A DNA stretch of 64,000 bases from Thermoplasmata archaeon (GTDB lineage: Archaea; Thermoplasmatota; Thermoplasmata; RBG-16-68-12; JAFNFQ01), in contig JBGPQV010000001.1 of assembly GCA_041489255.1 (NCBI GenBank), positions 110,606 through 174,605 of the forward strand. Reading direction: 5' to 3'. A program made the position numbers and the translations under genes. The notes under the pieces were generated by a model. The model was not told the DNA's origin. It saw nothing but the letters and a program-made list of their open reading frames with translations, and did not search any database. This document shows, one piece after another, positions 1-8,838 of the stretch (its first letter is position 1; the number at the start of each line of letters is the position of its first letter).

Positions 1-9
1 GCCAGGGCG

Positions 10-579
10 ATGGAAGACACCAGATACTTCCTGCCCGCCATGCCACCCGCAGCCATACTGGGCGGATTGGCGATCACGCAATGTCTTCTGGTTCCGAGGA
101 GACGCAGGACCCTTGGCGTGATAATCCTCGCGTTTTTCGTCGTCGCTGGGTTCGCCGTCGCGCAAGTCGCTATTGAAGCACAGGTTGAAAGATCGGCCAA
201 CCAACCTGGAGGCGGGCCCGGTCCAAGCGGTCCGCCGAATCCACCGCCAACGCCAGAACAGAACTACACCGTCCTGACCGTCCGTCAGCTCTTGGGAGGG
301 CCAGGGGTCTACAGCGACAAGCTCGTCGAGGTGCGCAACTGCACGTTCGATCATTGGATCGACTCTTCTTCCTTCTTGTTCCGCGACGCCAGCTCCCCGG
401 TCCTGCTGAGGGTCGCGCTGCTGTCCGGTTACGCTCCCCCGGCGCTCTCGCCGGGCACCGTGTTCCATATCAAGGGGGTGTTCCTGTGGAATGACAACAA
501 TGGTGATACGATTCCGCAGCCGCAGGAACTCTTAATCACGGTGAAGGCGGGAACGACCGACTCGATAGTGCTCGCGTAG
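10..579 (+). CDS. hypothetical protein with hydrophobic N-terminal segment and Pro/Gly-rich linker
   Basis: 189-aa ORF from track. TM-like segment VIILAFFVVAGFAVAQVAI is followed by GGGPGPSGPPNPPPTP. No recognisable family. The real start may lie upstream of the window. Confidence 0.35.
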   Translation: MEDTRYFLPAMPPAAILGGLAITQCLLVPRRRRTLGVIILAFFVVAGFAVAQVAIEAQVERSANQPGGGPGPSGPPNPPPTPEQNYTVLTVRQLLGGPGVYSDKLVEVRNCTFDHWIDSSSFLFRDASSPVLLRVALLSGYAPPALSPGTVFHIKGVFLWNDNNGDTIPQPQELLITVKAGTTDSIVLA

Positions 580-582
580 GAA

Positions 583-1608
583 TCAGCCAATATTGCCCGC
601 GGAGGAGCGAGACGCAACCAGGTTGATTGCGATCTCGGCCAGGTCGGACGAATAGTGAGCCGTCCTCCCTATGCTCTCGACGACGCCGGCCAAAGCGAAG
701 ACATCCCGGCCTTTCATCGAGCGCATCGCTTCAGTTGTCCGGTTCATTGTCTTGTCGAATTCGTCTATGTCGTCAATCGCGCTGTTCGCATCTTCCACGC
801 TACCGCTCAATAGCGAGGTGAACGACCTGTCGAACATGCTCAGGGCCTGCGCGCTCGCTGCGTCGAGCGAGTCCATCAGCTTCTTATCCACACCCTTCTC
901 CATCAAAAGCACGCTGGCGGCGATGCGCTCCGCGTGATCCCCAATGCGCTCAAGGATCTTGGCGGCCTGGCGGTAGGAACTGCTCGTGCCCAGGTCTATG
1001 CCCTGCTTGGCAGCAAGGCCAGCATCCACGAGCATCAGGTTGAACTGCTTCGCGGTCATCCAGAAGAGCCTATCGATGTCCTCGTCCCTCGCTTCGACAT
1101 CGCGGGCGAGCGAAAGATTCAGAGTGCGGAGGGCGGTCATCGCCTCCTCGTGCATCGATCTGATGGTGAGATGCATCCGCCTGAGGCACTTCTCCTGTGA
1201 GAACTGTGCGGGATCCGAGAGGTCTTGAATGACTATCGCGTCCTTCGTCTCCTCGAGTATCTCGGGCCCTATCACCATGCGCGTGAACTCCCGCACTGCC
1301 TTGCGCAGCTCCGGCTCGTGATGGCCTTTGAACTCGACCTCGAGTATCTCGTTGCCCGCGATGTAGGCGGCGATCAGGCGGCGCAGCAGATGCTCGCGCC
1401 TTTCAGGCTTGTCGACAACGACGATCGCCCTTCTCGGTCCCCGTTCCGCGCTCGGCTGGGCTTGGACATACAGTCCGCCGTTCGGAGTCTTCGCGAAGAA
1501 CACCATGTCCCCTGCCTTCAAATGTGACTCGGTTACCCAGCGCTTCGGCAAAGTCACGAGGTAGGTCGAACCCCCTGTCATCTGCAACTTCCGTGCTTCA
1601 AGGGTCAT
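583..1608 (-). CDS. phoU: PhoU-family phosphate-uptake regulator with N-terminal AbrB/SpoVT-type domain
   Basis: 341 aa. N-terminus KLQMTGGSTYLVTLPKRWV matches the swapped-hairpin AbrB fold. The remainder is two PhoU-like helical repeats. This AbrB-PhoU fusion is common in archaea. Confidence 0.8.
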   Translation of the reverse strand: MTLEARKLQMTGGSTYLVTLPKRWVTESHLKAGDMVFFAKTPNGGLYVQAQPSAERGPRRAIVVVDKPERREHLLRRLIAAYIAGNEILEVEFKGHHEPELRKAVREFTRMVIGPEILEETKDAIVIQDLSDPAQFSQEKCLRRMHLTIRSMHEEAMTALRTLNLSLARDVEARDEDIDRLFWMTAKQFNLMLVDAGLAAKQGIDLGTSSSYRQAAKILERIGDHAERIAASVLLMEKGVDKKLMDSLDAASAQALSMFDRSFTSLLSGSVEDANSAIDDIDEFDKTMNRTTEAMRSMKGRDVFALAGVVESIGRTAHYSSDLAEIAINLVASRSSAGNIG

Positions 1609-1811
1609 GTCTACTCATGCCTCCATAATCTTCTCAGTCTGTCTATGGTCTCTGTGGATATAAGCCCTGTCTTTAGAGTGAAATGGAGAACCAGCGACAT
1701 TTCCGATTTGCGTCCTTTAGCCAAAGCTTAGTAAGCAACGACACGATGTGAGGAATGCCTGCGTTGCCGCCTTGTCGACAGGCAGAGGAAGGAAAGTTGA
1801 ACGTCAAAGAT

Positions 1812-1979
1812 ATGGAGAAGGTCGACTGCAAGTACTGCGGTGGCATCTTCCCGGTGGCCCAAGCAGTGGTGCTCGACGATGGCGGTGAGTTCAGGTACTA
1901 CTGCAGCAGTGATTGCGCGTTCGGGAAATTGGGCCCGAAATCATCGATTCCAAAGCCTGCGATCAGGAGCACCGGTTAA
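1812..1979 (+). CDS. small TRASH-like Cys4 metal-binding protein
   Basis: C-X2-C-X21-C-X3-C (CKYCGG...YYCSSDC) in a ~55-aa ORF. Internal ATG at 1812 inside track ORF 1755..1979. Convergent with the acr3 pseudogene. Confidence 0.4.
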   Translation: MEKVDCKYCGGIFPVAQAVVLDDGGEFRYYCSSDCAFGKLGPKSSIPKPAIRSTG

Positions 1980-3037
1980 GCTTGAGCCGGCCTCTGATCT
2001 CTGAAGTAGCGACGCTTTGCCCAAAGCGAGACGTTCACTGGGTTCATGCGGACGGGTACTTCAATCAAAGGCCCGATCACCGCCGCGAAAGCCTCGCCTG
2101 ACGATATCGTGAACACGCCGATTGCGGTGGCTATTGCCAACTTGAAGTTGTTGCTGGCGGCGGTGAAGGCCAGCGTCGCCGTCTCCTCGTACTTGAAACG
2201 AGGCGTTTCGACACGTAGAACGACACCGAGAACATGATGAGGAAGTTCAGGATGAGAGGGACGGCGATTCTCAAGACATCCAAAGGCAGCCCGATAATCT
2301 TGTCGCCTTTGTAGGAGAACATGATCACGACCGTGAACAGGAGACCGATTATGGACGTCGGCGCCAGCTTCGCCATGAACCTGTTATCGTACCAGTCCGC
2401 CCCCTTGCGCCGCACCAGGAAGAATCTGGTCAAGAAGCCCATGACAAACGGTATCCCCAGGTAGATGAGGACGCTCTCCGCCACTTGAACTATCGAGACC
2501 GACACCTCCATCGAGGCGGTGAGGCCCTCCATCCAACCCGAGAGCAGGGTCACGAAAAACCACGCCATCGGCGAGTAGAATATCATCTAGAAGACGCTGT
2601 TGAGGCCGACAAGCAGTGCGGCGTACTCGGCGCTGCCCTGTGCCATCGAATTCCAAACCAGAACCATCGCGATGCACCGCGCGAGGCCGATGATGATCAG
2701 CCCGACCCTGTACTCCGAGGTCCGGCAGGAACAACCATGCGAGGGCGAACATCAGGAAAGGTCTGATAACCCAATTCTGGAGCAGGGATACCGCCATCAG
2801 CTTTCGGTTCGATGCGAGGCGCGGTATGTCGCCGTAACGCACACGGGCCAGCGGCAGATACATCATCCAGATGAGACCGACCGCGATGGGGATCGACATG
2901 CGCCCCCAGGAAACGGAATCCAATGTTGAAGGAAGCCCGGGCACCGATGCCCCAAGTGCGATCCCCAACACCACCGCAATGAAAATCCAAAGCGTTGTGA
3001 GCTTGGCGGAGAGTGACATCCGCTGCCTATCGGACAT
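1976..3037 (-). pseudogene. acr3: ACR3-family arsenite efflux permease, disrupted by two frameshifts and an in-frame TAG
   Basis: Three reading frames together recover the full ACR3 signature. N-terminus: LWIFIAVVLG...SIPIAVGLIWMMYLPLARVRY...[13 protein letters not shown] frameshift near 2715-2722 leads into [23 protein letters not shown]...NSVF. An in-frame TAG sits at 2587-2589, followed by MIFYSPMAWFF...VLIYLGIPFVMGF...[29 protein letters not shown] second frameshift near 2205-2212 leads into [45 protein letters not shown]...SLWAKRRYF and a stop at 1976-1978. Confidence 0.7.
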
Positions 3038-3166
3038 CGCCAGCTTTGTGCATGAAACCCGCCACGATAAGCATTGTGTCCGGGGGCATTGGGCGGCATT
3101 TGGGGCATTCGCCCCCCGCCAAGCCTTTATACGAATTCAGGACCTTTCCCCGCCGAAGGGGAACCC

Positions 3167-4255
3167 ATGAAGAACAGGGTCAAGCAGATCTATCGCAACC
3201 TCGACAGGGATGTGGACATCGTCGTACTCGCGAATTCGACAGATCCGCATATTGACGCTACCTTCTACTATGCCACGGGGATCACCACAGGTCTTTTCGA
3301 AGGGTGCGCGGCGTTCCTGCATCCGGACGGGCACGTAGATCTACTCGCGTCCCAATTGGAGGAGGAGACGGCCAAGAAGGCGGGACTCCCGGTCACGACA
3401 TTCATGACGAGGAGGCAGCTGATGAGGGGGCTCAGGAATCACCTGGAAGGACACCGCCGGATCGGGCTGAACTTCGAGGAGATCACCCACCACTACTACG
3501 ACCGACTCAGGAAGTTGGCGCCGAAAGCCAGATTTGTCAATGTCTCCGAGGCCGTGAGAGCGGCGCGTTCGGTGAAGGACGAACACGAGCAAGGGTTGAT
3601 TGAGAAGGCGTGCAAGATCGCGAGCGAAGCATTCGAGGACCTGATTCCTAGGATCAGGAAAGGCAAGAGGGAGGACGAGCTGGCGGCGGACCTGGTTTAC
3701 CTCATGCAGAAGCACGGAGCTGGCGGTGCCTCATTTGAAACCATTGTGGCGTCAGGCCCCAATGGCGCTGAGCCGCATTACACTGCGGGAACAAAGAAAC
3801 TCCAGAAAGGCGAGCTCGTCGTGTTTGATTTTGGCGCGAAATATCACAAGTACGTCTCGGACATCACGCGCACAGTCGTTGTCGGCAAGGCGAGCGAACA
3901 ACAGAAGCGGATGCACTCGGTCGTCGAGCGAGCGCAAAAGGCTGCCCTCGCGAAGATGCGAAAAGGGGTGAAGGGCGCGGCGGTTGACAAGGCCGCAAGG
4001 GACCTGATCGACAAGACCGAGTTCAAAGGGCGCTTCGTCCACAGTCTAGGTCACAGCATAGGCCTGGCGGTGCACGACGGCGCGGGTCTCGGTCCCGCAA
4101 GCAAGGTGGTGCTCAAGCCGGGCATGATCTTCACGAACGAGCCAGGAGTCTATCTCTCCGGCTACGGCGGCGTCAGGATCGAGGACAACGTCCTCATCAC
4201 GGCCGGCAAGCCGAAGACCCTGACGACCGCGACACGCGAACTCATCGAGGTGTGA
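3167..4255 (+). CDS. M24-family metallopeptidase (Xaa-Pro aminopeptidase/dipeptidase type)
   Basis: Pita-bread fold motifs HSLGHSIGLAVHD, NEPGVY and GGVRIEDNVLIT. ATG at 3167 preceded by GAAGGGGA. Track ORF 3074..4255. Confidence 0.85.
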   Translation: MKNRVKQIYRNLDRDVDIVVLANSTDPHIDATFYYATGITTGLFEGCAAFLHPDGHVDLLASQLEEETAKKAGLPVTTFMTRRQLMRGLRNHLEGHRRIGLNFEEITHHYYDRLRKLAPKARFVNVSEAVRAARSVKDEHEQGLIEKACKIASEAFEDLIPRIRKGKREDELAADLVYLMQKHGAGGASFETIVASGPNGAEPHYTAGTKKLQKGELVVFDFGAKYHKYVSDITRTVVVGKASEQQKRMHSVVERAQKAALAKMRKGVKGAAVDKAARDLIDKTEFKGRFVHSLGHSIGLAVHDGAGLGPASKVVLKPGMIFTNEPGVYLSGYGGVRIEDNVLITAGKPKTLTTATRELIEV

Positions 4256-4264
4256 GGTGGTGAA

Positions 4265-5650
4265 GTGAGAGAGCTTGCGAAATCCGCGTTGAGGGTCTTC
4301 GAGAAAGCGGGGGTCGACTTCGGCGACATCAGGACAGAGGAGAGGAAGTCGACCACCATCAGGATTGCGAACGAGCAGTTGCAGGCGCTGTCCTCGGTTG
4401 TCCGCAAGGGGTTCAGCGTCAGGGCGTTCCGCCGAGGGGCTTGGGGATACAGCTCGGGCACGAGCTTCACGCTCGATTCGGTCAAGCACGCAGCCGAAGC
4501 AGCCGCAAGAATCGCCCGCGCCAACTCGACAAAAGGACTGCCCCGCTCCTCCCTCAAGAACATCAAGCCGATGAAGAAGAACCTCAAACCTGCGGTGAAG
4601 ATCGACCCCGCGAATATCGGCCTCGACGAGAAGACCGAGCTGGCGATGACGGTGTCGAGAGCGCAGAGAACCGACCCCAAGGTCGCTAGCACATTCGCGA
4701 TTTACGGGGAATGGGACTACGCGTTCGAGGTTGCGAACACCGTCGGCACAGACGTTTCCTGGAGAGAGATGCGGACGCGGATTGGCGGTCAGGCCGTCGC
4801 TGCCGAAGGGGATAAGAGAGACTTCGCGTACGATTTCACTGATGGGACTGGCGGGTACGAGATAGTCAAAGCCGTCGACCCGAACGAGATGGGCAAGACA
4901 ATTGCGAGGGAGGCAATCGAGCTCCTCACCGCCAAGAAACCGCCGAGTGGCATGATGACGGTCATCACAGACCCCGACATATCCGGACTCCTCGCTCATG
5001 AGGTCATGGGGCATGCCTCAGAGGGGGACGAGATAACGAAGCGCCGTTCGTTCCTCACGGACATCGTTGGCAAGAAGGTTGGTTCACCCCTCGTGACAAT
5101 GTATGATGACGGTAAATATCCTGCCGCGCATGGAACGATCCCATTCGATTGCGAGGGCACGCCGGGTCATAAGACCAAAATCATCGACCGCGGCGTCTAC
5201 GCGGGCTACATGCACAGCCTGGAAACCTCAGGCACGTTGAAGATGCCTTTGACCGGGAACGGGCGGGCGGAGAACTACAGCCGCCGTGTCTGGGTCAGGA
5301 TGACCAACACCTACTTCGCCCCGGGTGACGACAAGTTCGATGAGATCGTCGAGGAAACGAAGGACGGCCTGCTGACGCATAAGTCGATCAGCGGCATGGA
5401 GGACCCGGTCGGCGGCGGCTTTCAGGCGGTGGCGCTCATGGGTCACCTTGTGAAGAATGGAGAAATCGGCCCCGCGGTCAGAGGGATGACCCTCACTGGC
5501 AAGGCACTGGAGATCCTGAAGAGCGTTGACATGGCCTCCAGGGAGTTCAAGCTCTCGGGCGGCTTCTGTGGGAAGGGAGAGGAGGACTACGTCCCTGTCT
5601 CCAGTGGCGGGCCTTACATGAGATCCAAGATAATCGTGGGAGGCGGATAG
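4265..5650 (+). CDS. tldD: TldD-family zinc metalloprotease
   Basis: 461 aa with the HEVMGHASEGD (HExxxH) motif typical of TldD. GTG start at 4265, 10 nt after the upstream stop. Confidence 0.85.
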   Translation: MRELAKSALRVFEKAGVDFGDIRTEERKSTTIRIANEQLQALSSVVRKGFSVRAFRRGAWGYSSGTSFTLDSVKHAAEAAARIARANSTKGLPRSSLKNIKPMKKNLKPAVKIDPANIGLDEKTELAMTVSRAQRTDPKVASTFAIYGEWDYAFEVANTVGTDVSWREMRTRIGGQAVAAEGDKRDFAYDFTDGTGGYEIVKAVDPNEMGKTIAREAIELLTAKKPPSGMMTVITDPDISGLLAHEVMGHASEGDEITKRRSFLTDIVGKKVGSPLVTMYDDGKYPAAHGTIPFDCEGTPGHKTKIIDRGVYAGYMHSLETSGTLKMPLTGNGRAENYSRRVWVRMTNTYFAPGDDKFDEIVEETKDGLLTHKSISGMEDPVGGGFQAVALMGHLVKNGEIGPAVRGMTLTGKALEILKSVDMASREFKLSGGFCGKGEEDYVPVSSGGPYMRSKIIVGGG

Positions 5651-7033
5651 ATGACGCTGCTCTCTCTAGCCGATGACGCGGTGAAGAAAGCACTCGCCGC
5701 GGGAGCTCAAGCTGCCGAAGCGTTCGCCATGACCTACCGCACGAAGTCCGTCTACATCGAGCAGGATGTGCCCAAGGTGGCCGAGGAACGGACGGAGGCG
5801 GGAATCGGCCTCAAGGTCGCTGTGGGGAAACGTGTTGCATTCACATCGGCGAGCCTTGAAGGTCAAAAGGATGTGCGGGCCGCCACTGCGACAGCCATGA
5901 AAGCCGTCAAGATGGTCCCCGAGGACCCAGACTTCCCCGGCTTCACCTCTTTCAGGGTCATGGGGAAGGTGGAGAAGACCCATGACGCGAAGACGGCGGA
6001 GACTCCTGTCGAGGAACTCGTCGAGATTGCACTCGAACTGACTGCGGCGGGCAAGGTCCGAAAAGATGTCACGGTCCCTAAAGGGATTTTCCGCGTGCAG
6101 GACTATGAGCTCAGGGTGGCGAACTCGGAAGGGGCCGAAGGTTCACACCGCGGCACCCTTGTATTCCTCTATTTCACCGCCAAGAGTGGCACGAGGACCA
6201 GGGCGGGCGAGGGGATAATCAAGAGCTTGGGAGTCTCGCTATCGCAGCAGGACTTCCAAGCGATCGGCAAGAGGCTGGGTGCTCGATCGGTGGAGAACCT
6301 GGAGGCCTCCGCCCTCCGCGAGAAAATCGCGGGAACCGTTGTCATGGACCCGCTCGATCTCGGCGAGATGTTGATCCAGACCGTCGGCTCCGCCGTCAAT
6401 GCGGAGGATGTGAGGAGGAAGAGGAGCCCATGGCAGGACAAGAAGGGTCAGAAGGTTGCATCTGAGGGGCTCAACATCGCCGACATGCCCCGCCTGCCGG
6501 CAGGGCTGTGCTCCTGCGCGGTAGACGACGAGGGCAACCCGACCGCAGACAGGCCCCTGGTGGCGGATGGGATCCTGCGCGACTTCGTCCACGATCACTA
6601 CAACGCTGCCATCCTCGGCGGAAAGGGCGGGAACGCGTTCCGCAGGGCTGTCGCCACCGTCGAAGGGGCTTACGCCCGGCCTGCTCAGTGCAGCATCAGC
6701 AACCTTGTCGTTGAACCGGGGACGCAATCGCTGGACGAGATCATCGGTTCGGTGCAGAAAGGGGTCTATATCGAGAAGCTCGCGGCGCCCGAGGTCAACC
6801 AGTTCAGCGGGGCGTTCGCCCTCGAGGTCAGGAACGCGGCGATCATAGAGAAAGGCGAACTCAAGGACCACGTGAAGTACGCCCTTCTGGTCGGGAACAT
6901 GTTCGAGGGCTTGAAGAACGTCGCCGCGACGGGGAGAGAGCTGCGTCCGAGCCACGGCTTCCTGACCGCCACAGGCTGCTGCTACCTGCCGCCAATGGCA
7001 TTTAATGGATTCGAGCTGGTCGGACAGAAGTAG
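5651..7033 (+). CDS. pmbA: PmbA/TldE-family protease partner (no HExxxH)
   Basis: 460 aa, TldD/PmbA fold without the zinc motif. ATG at 5651 directly abuts the tldD TAG at 5648-5650. Confidence 0.8.
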   Translation: MTLLSLADDAVKKALAAGAQAAEAFAMTYRTKSVYIEQDVPKVAEERTEAGIGLKVAVGKRVAFTSASLEGQKDVRAATATAMKAVKMVPEDPDFPGFTSFRVMGKVEKTHDAKTAETPVEELVEIALELTAAGKVRKDVTVPKGIFRVQDYELRVANSEGAEGSHRGTLVFLYFTAKSGTRTRAGEGIIKSLGVSLSQQDFQAIGKRLGARSVENLEASALREKIAGTVVMDPLDLGEMLIQTVGSAVNAEDVRRKRSPWQDKKGQKVASEGLNIADMPRLPAGLCSCAVDDEGNPTADRPLVADGILRDFVHDHYNAAILGGKGGNAFRRAVATVEGAYARPAQCSISNLVVEPGTQSLDEIIGSVQKGVYIEKLAAPEVNQFSGAFALEVRNAAIIEKGELKDHVKYALLVGNMFEGLKNVAATGRELRPSHGFLTATGCCYLPPMAFNGFELVGQK

Positions 7034-7216
7034 CTGTCACTGAGAATCGGCGAATCCTGGGACACCTGATAGGCTTCATCACATCAAGTGCGATGTGAAA
7101 ACACATCTCACCCGAAGATGTCAAAGAAGTAGTGGGCCCCATCCCCCCTCAGGACGGGGCCAGACGCGAAAGCGCCCTCCTCGACGCCCATATCAGGCAA
7201 CCTCTCCCCTCTCCCC

Positions 7217-7223
7217 TTTTTTT
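7217..7223 (+). terminator. oligo-T tract (candidate archaeal terminator) downstream of pmbA
   Basis: T7 run in the intergenic region, ~185 nt after the pmbA stop and after a 7-bp hairpin at 7079-7098. Confidence 0.2.
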
Positions 7224-7404
7224 GAGCCTGCCTGTTCCCTATTATGGATGGGCTAGCTACGTATATAACAGGTATCTGGTGTTCACCACGCGATTTACCA
7301 CTTACCAATCCGGTTGCCAATCCTCCCTTACGCGCCTCCCTTCCAGAGTGTTATCAAAAGGGGAATCATTGCTCGATACATATATATCACGGTATCCTTA
7401 TGAA

Positions 7405-8091
7405 ATGGCGAGTGTGGCGATGAGGGTTTCCCCTCCCCTCCCCCCAGCAGTTGCAGCGCTCCATGAAGCACCGCCAAAGACGTCCATTCATGGAAACGTC
7501 AAGGCGAAGCGAGTTCCAGCGAAGCGAGTTCCAGACGGAGTGGCGGCGCTGGTCATCCAGTTCATTTTCGGAAGAAAGAAGAAGAGCTCGCCCCCCAGCG
7601 ACCATGTCATCCCGACAGTGCCGTGGATCAAGATGGAGCCCGGCAGCACCTACCTCCTGCCCACTGACAAGCCGGACATGGCGTTCAAGATTTTCACCAA
7701 GGAGGTCAGCAATGGCGCCTCCGGCATGATCATCACGCGCCTGCATCCCGGGGAAGTCAAAGCGAGATTCAGCGTCGGTTCCAGCCCGATCCACTGGCTC
7801 AGCCGGGCCTTCACGAAGGAGAGCATGAGCCCGACGAACTTGGGGGCGGTGGCAGAGCAGATAGAGGGCTTCGTATCCAAGAACAACAACCCACTGGTCC
7901 TGCTCGACGGCATCGAATACCTGATCGTCCAGAACGACCTGCAGAAGGTCGTGAGGTTCATCTCCTCCGTCCGCGACAGCGTCGCCGTGCACAGCGCGCG
8001 GATGGTCATACCGTTCAACATGCAGAGCGTGGACGAGAGCGGGCGGGTCCTCATAAGCCGCGACCTTCACGTGATCAAGTGGAATGATTAA
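7405..8091 (+). CDS. DUF835-type protein (KaiC-associated family)
   Basis: C-terminal ~160 aa (MEPGSTYLLPTD...LLDGIEYLIVQNDLQKVVRFISSVRD) look like the archaeal DUF835 domain that typically sits next to KaiC homologs. TAA stop directly followed by the kaiC-like ATG. Track ORF 7132..8091, but the upstream part is compositionally odd. ATG at 7405 or 7420 follows an ATATATAT box at ~7379-7387. Confidence 0.55.
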   Translation: MASVAMRVSPPLPPAVAALHEAPPKTSIHGNVKAKRVPAKRVPDGVAALVIQFIFGRKKKSSPPSDHVIPTVPWIKMEPGSTYLLPTDKPDMAFKIFTKEVSNGASGMIITRLHPGEVKARFSVGSSPIHWLSRAFTKESMSPTNLGAVAEQIEGFVSKNNNPLVLLDGIEYLIVQNDLQKVVRFISSVRDSVAVHSARMVIPFNMQSVDESGRVLISRDLHVIKWND

Positions 8092-8838
8092 ATGAACGCA
8101 GATGATTCGCCCTCCCCGCCAATGAGGTTCTACAGGACCTACGTGCAGGGATTCGACGAGGCTTTGGGCGGCGGCATCCCCAAGGGGCACGTCATACTCG
8201 TCTCGGGGCCGCCGGGCACGATGAAGTCCTCGCTCGCCTACAGCATCCTCTACCAGAACGCGATCAGGGAGGACGTCAAGGGCGCCTACCTCACCCTCGA
8301 GCAGGGCAAGTCCAGCCTCGAGTTTCAGCTGAGCCGAATGGGGATGGACATGGAGAGGGTCGAGGACCGGGTTCAGATACAAGACCTCTCCCGCATAAGG
8401 CTGGGCATGGAGGAGCTGCGCGGCAAGGCCCGATTCGGGACTCCGGCTGAGAGGCCGTGGCTCGACGTGCTGAAGAGACACATCGAGGATGTGAAGGAAG
8501 GTCACCCTTTCGAGCTGCTGGCCCTTGATTCGCTCCCTGTGCTCGAAATCATCTCGGGCTTAAGGGAGAGACGCATCAACCTGTTCCAGTTCTTCGGCTG
8601 GCTGAAGGGATTGGGGTGCACGAGCTTCGTCATTTCCGAGGTCTCGCCGGATCCGAACACCGTGCACGACGAGGATTTCCTCGCGGACGGTCTGCTCTAC
8701 CTGACGATGGAGAAGGTCGGAGGGCTCGACGTCTACCGCCGCATGAGGTGCGTGAAGATGCGCGGGGTGAACCACAGTACGGGCATCTACACGCTCGAGT
8801 TCAAGGAAGGCGGCTTCAAGGTCAGCCAGGTCATCTGA
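8092..8838 (+). CDS. KaiC-like RecA-superfamily ATPase (single domain)
   Basis: Walker A GPPGTMKSS, Walker B LLALDSL, overall KaiC/RadA-like topology, 248 aa. Confidence 0.8.
   Translation: MNADDSPSPPMRFYRTYVQGFDEALGGGIPKGHVILVSGPPGTMKSSLAYSILYQNAIREDVKGAYLTLEQGKSSLEFQLSRMGMDMERVEDRVQIQDLSRIRLGMEELRGKARFGTPAERPWLDVLKRHIEDVKEGHPFELLALDSLPVLEIISGLRERRINLFQFFGWLKGLGCTSFVISEVSPDPNTVHDEDFLADGLLYLTMEKVGGLDVYRRMRCVKMRGVNHSTGIYTLEFKEGGFKVSQVI

Noticed and set aside
2587-2589. In-frame TAG in acr3 read as pyrrolysine
   Set aside because: TAG is used as an ordinary stop by several intact genes here (tldD, pmbA, rpoL, oppF). Two frameshifts also disrupt the gene.
6239-6955. 238-aa minus-strand ORF inside pmbA, plus the similar 4046..5014 (322 aa) inside tldD and 5666..5983
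   Set aside because: Shadow ORFs of well-supported sense genes.
7387-8505. 372-aa minus-strand ORF across the DUF835 and kaiC genes
   Set aside because: Arg/His/Leu/Pro-rich low-complexity translation, typical of a GC-rich antisense frame. The sense-strand genes have clear family signatures.
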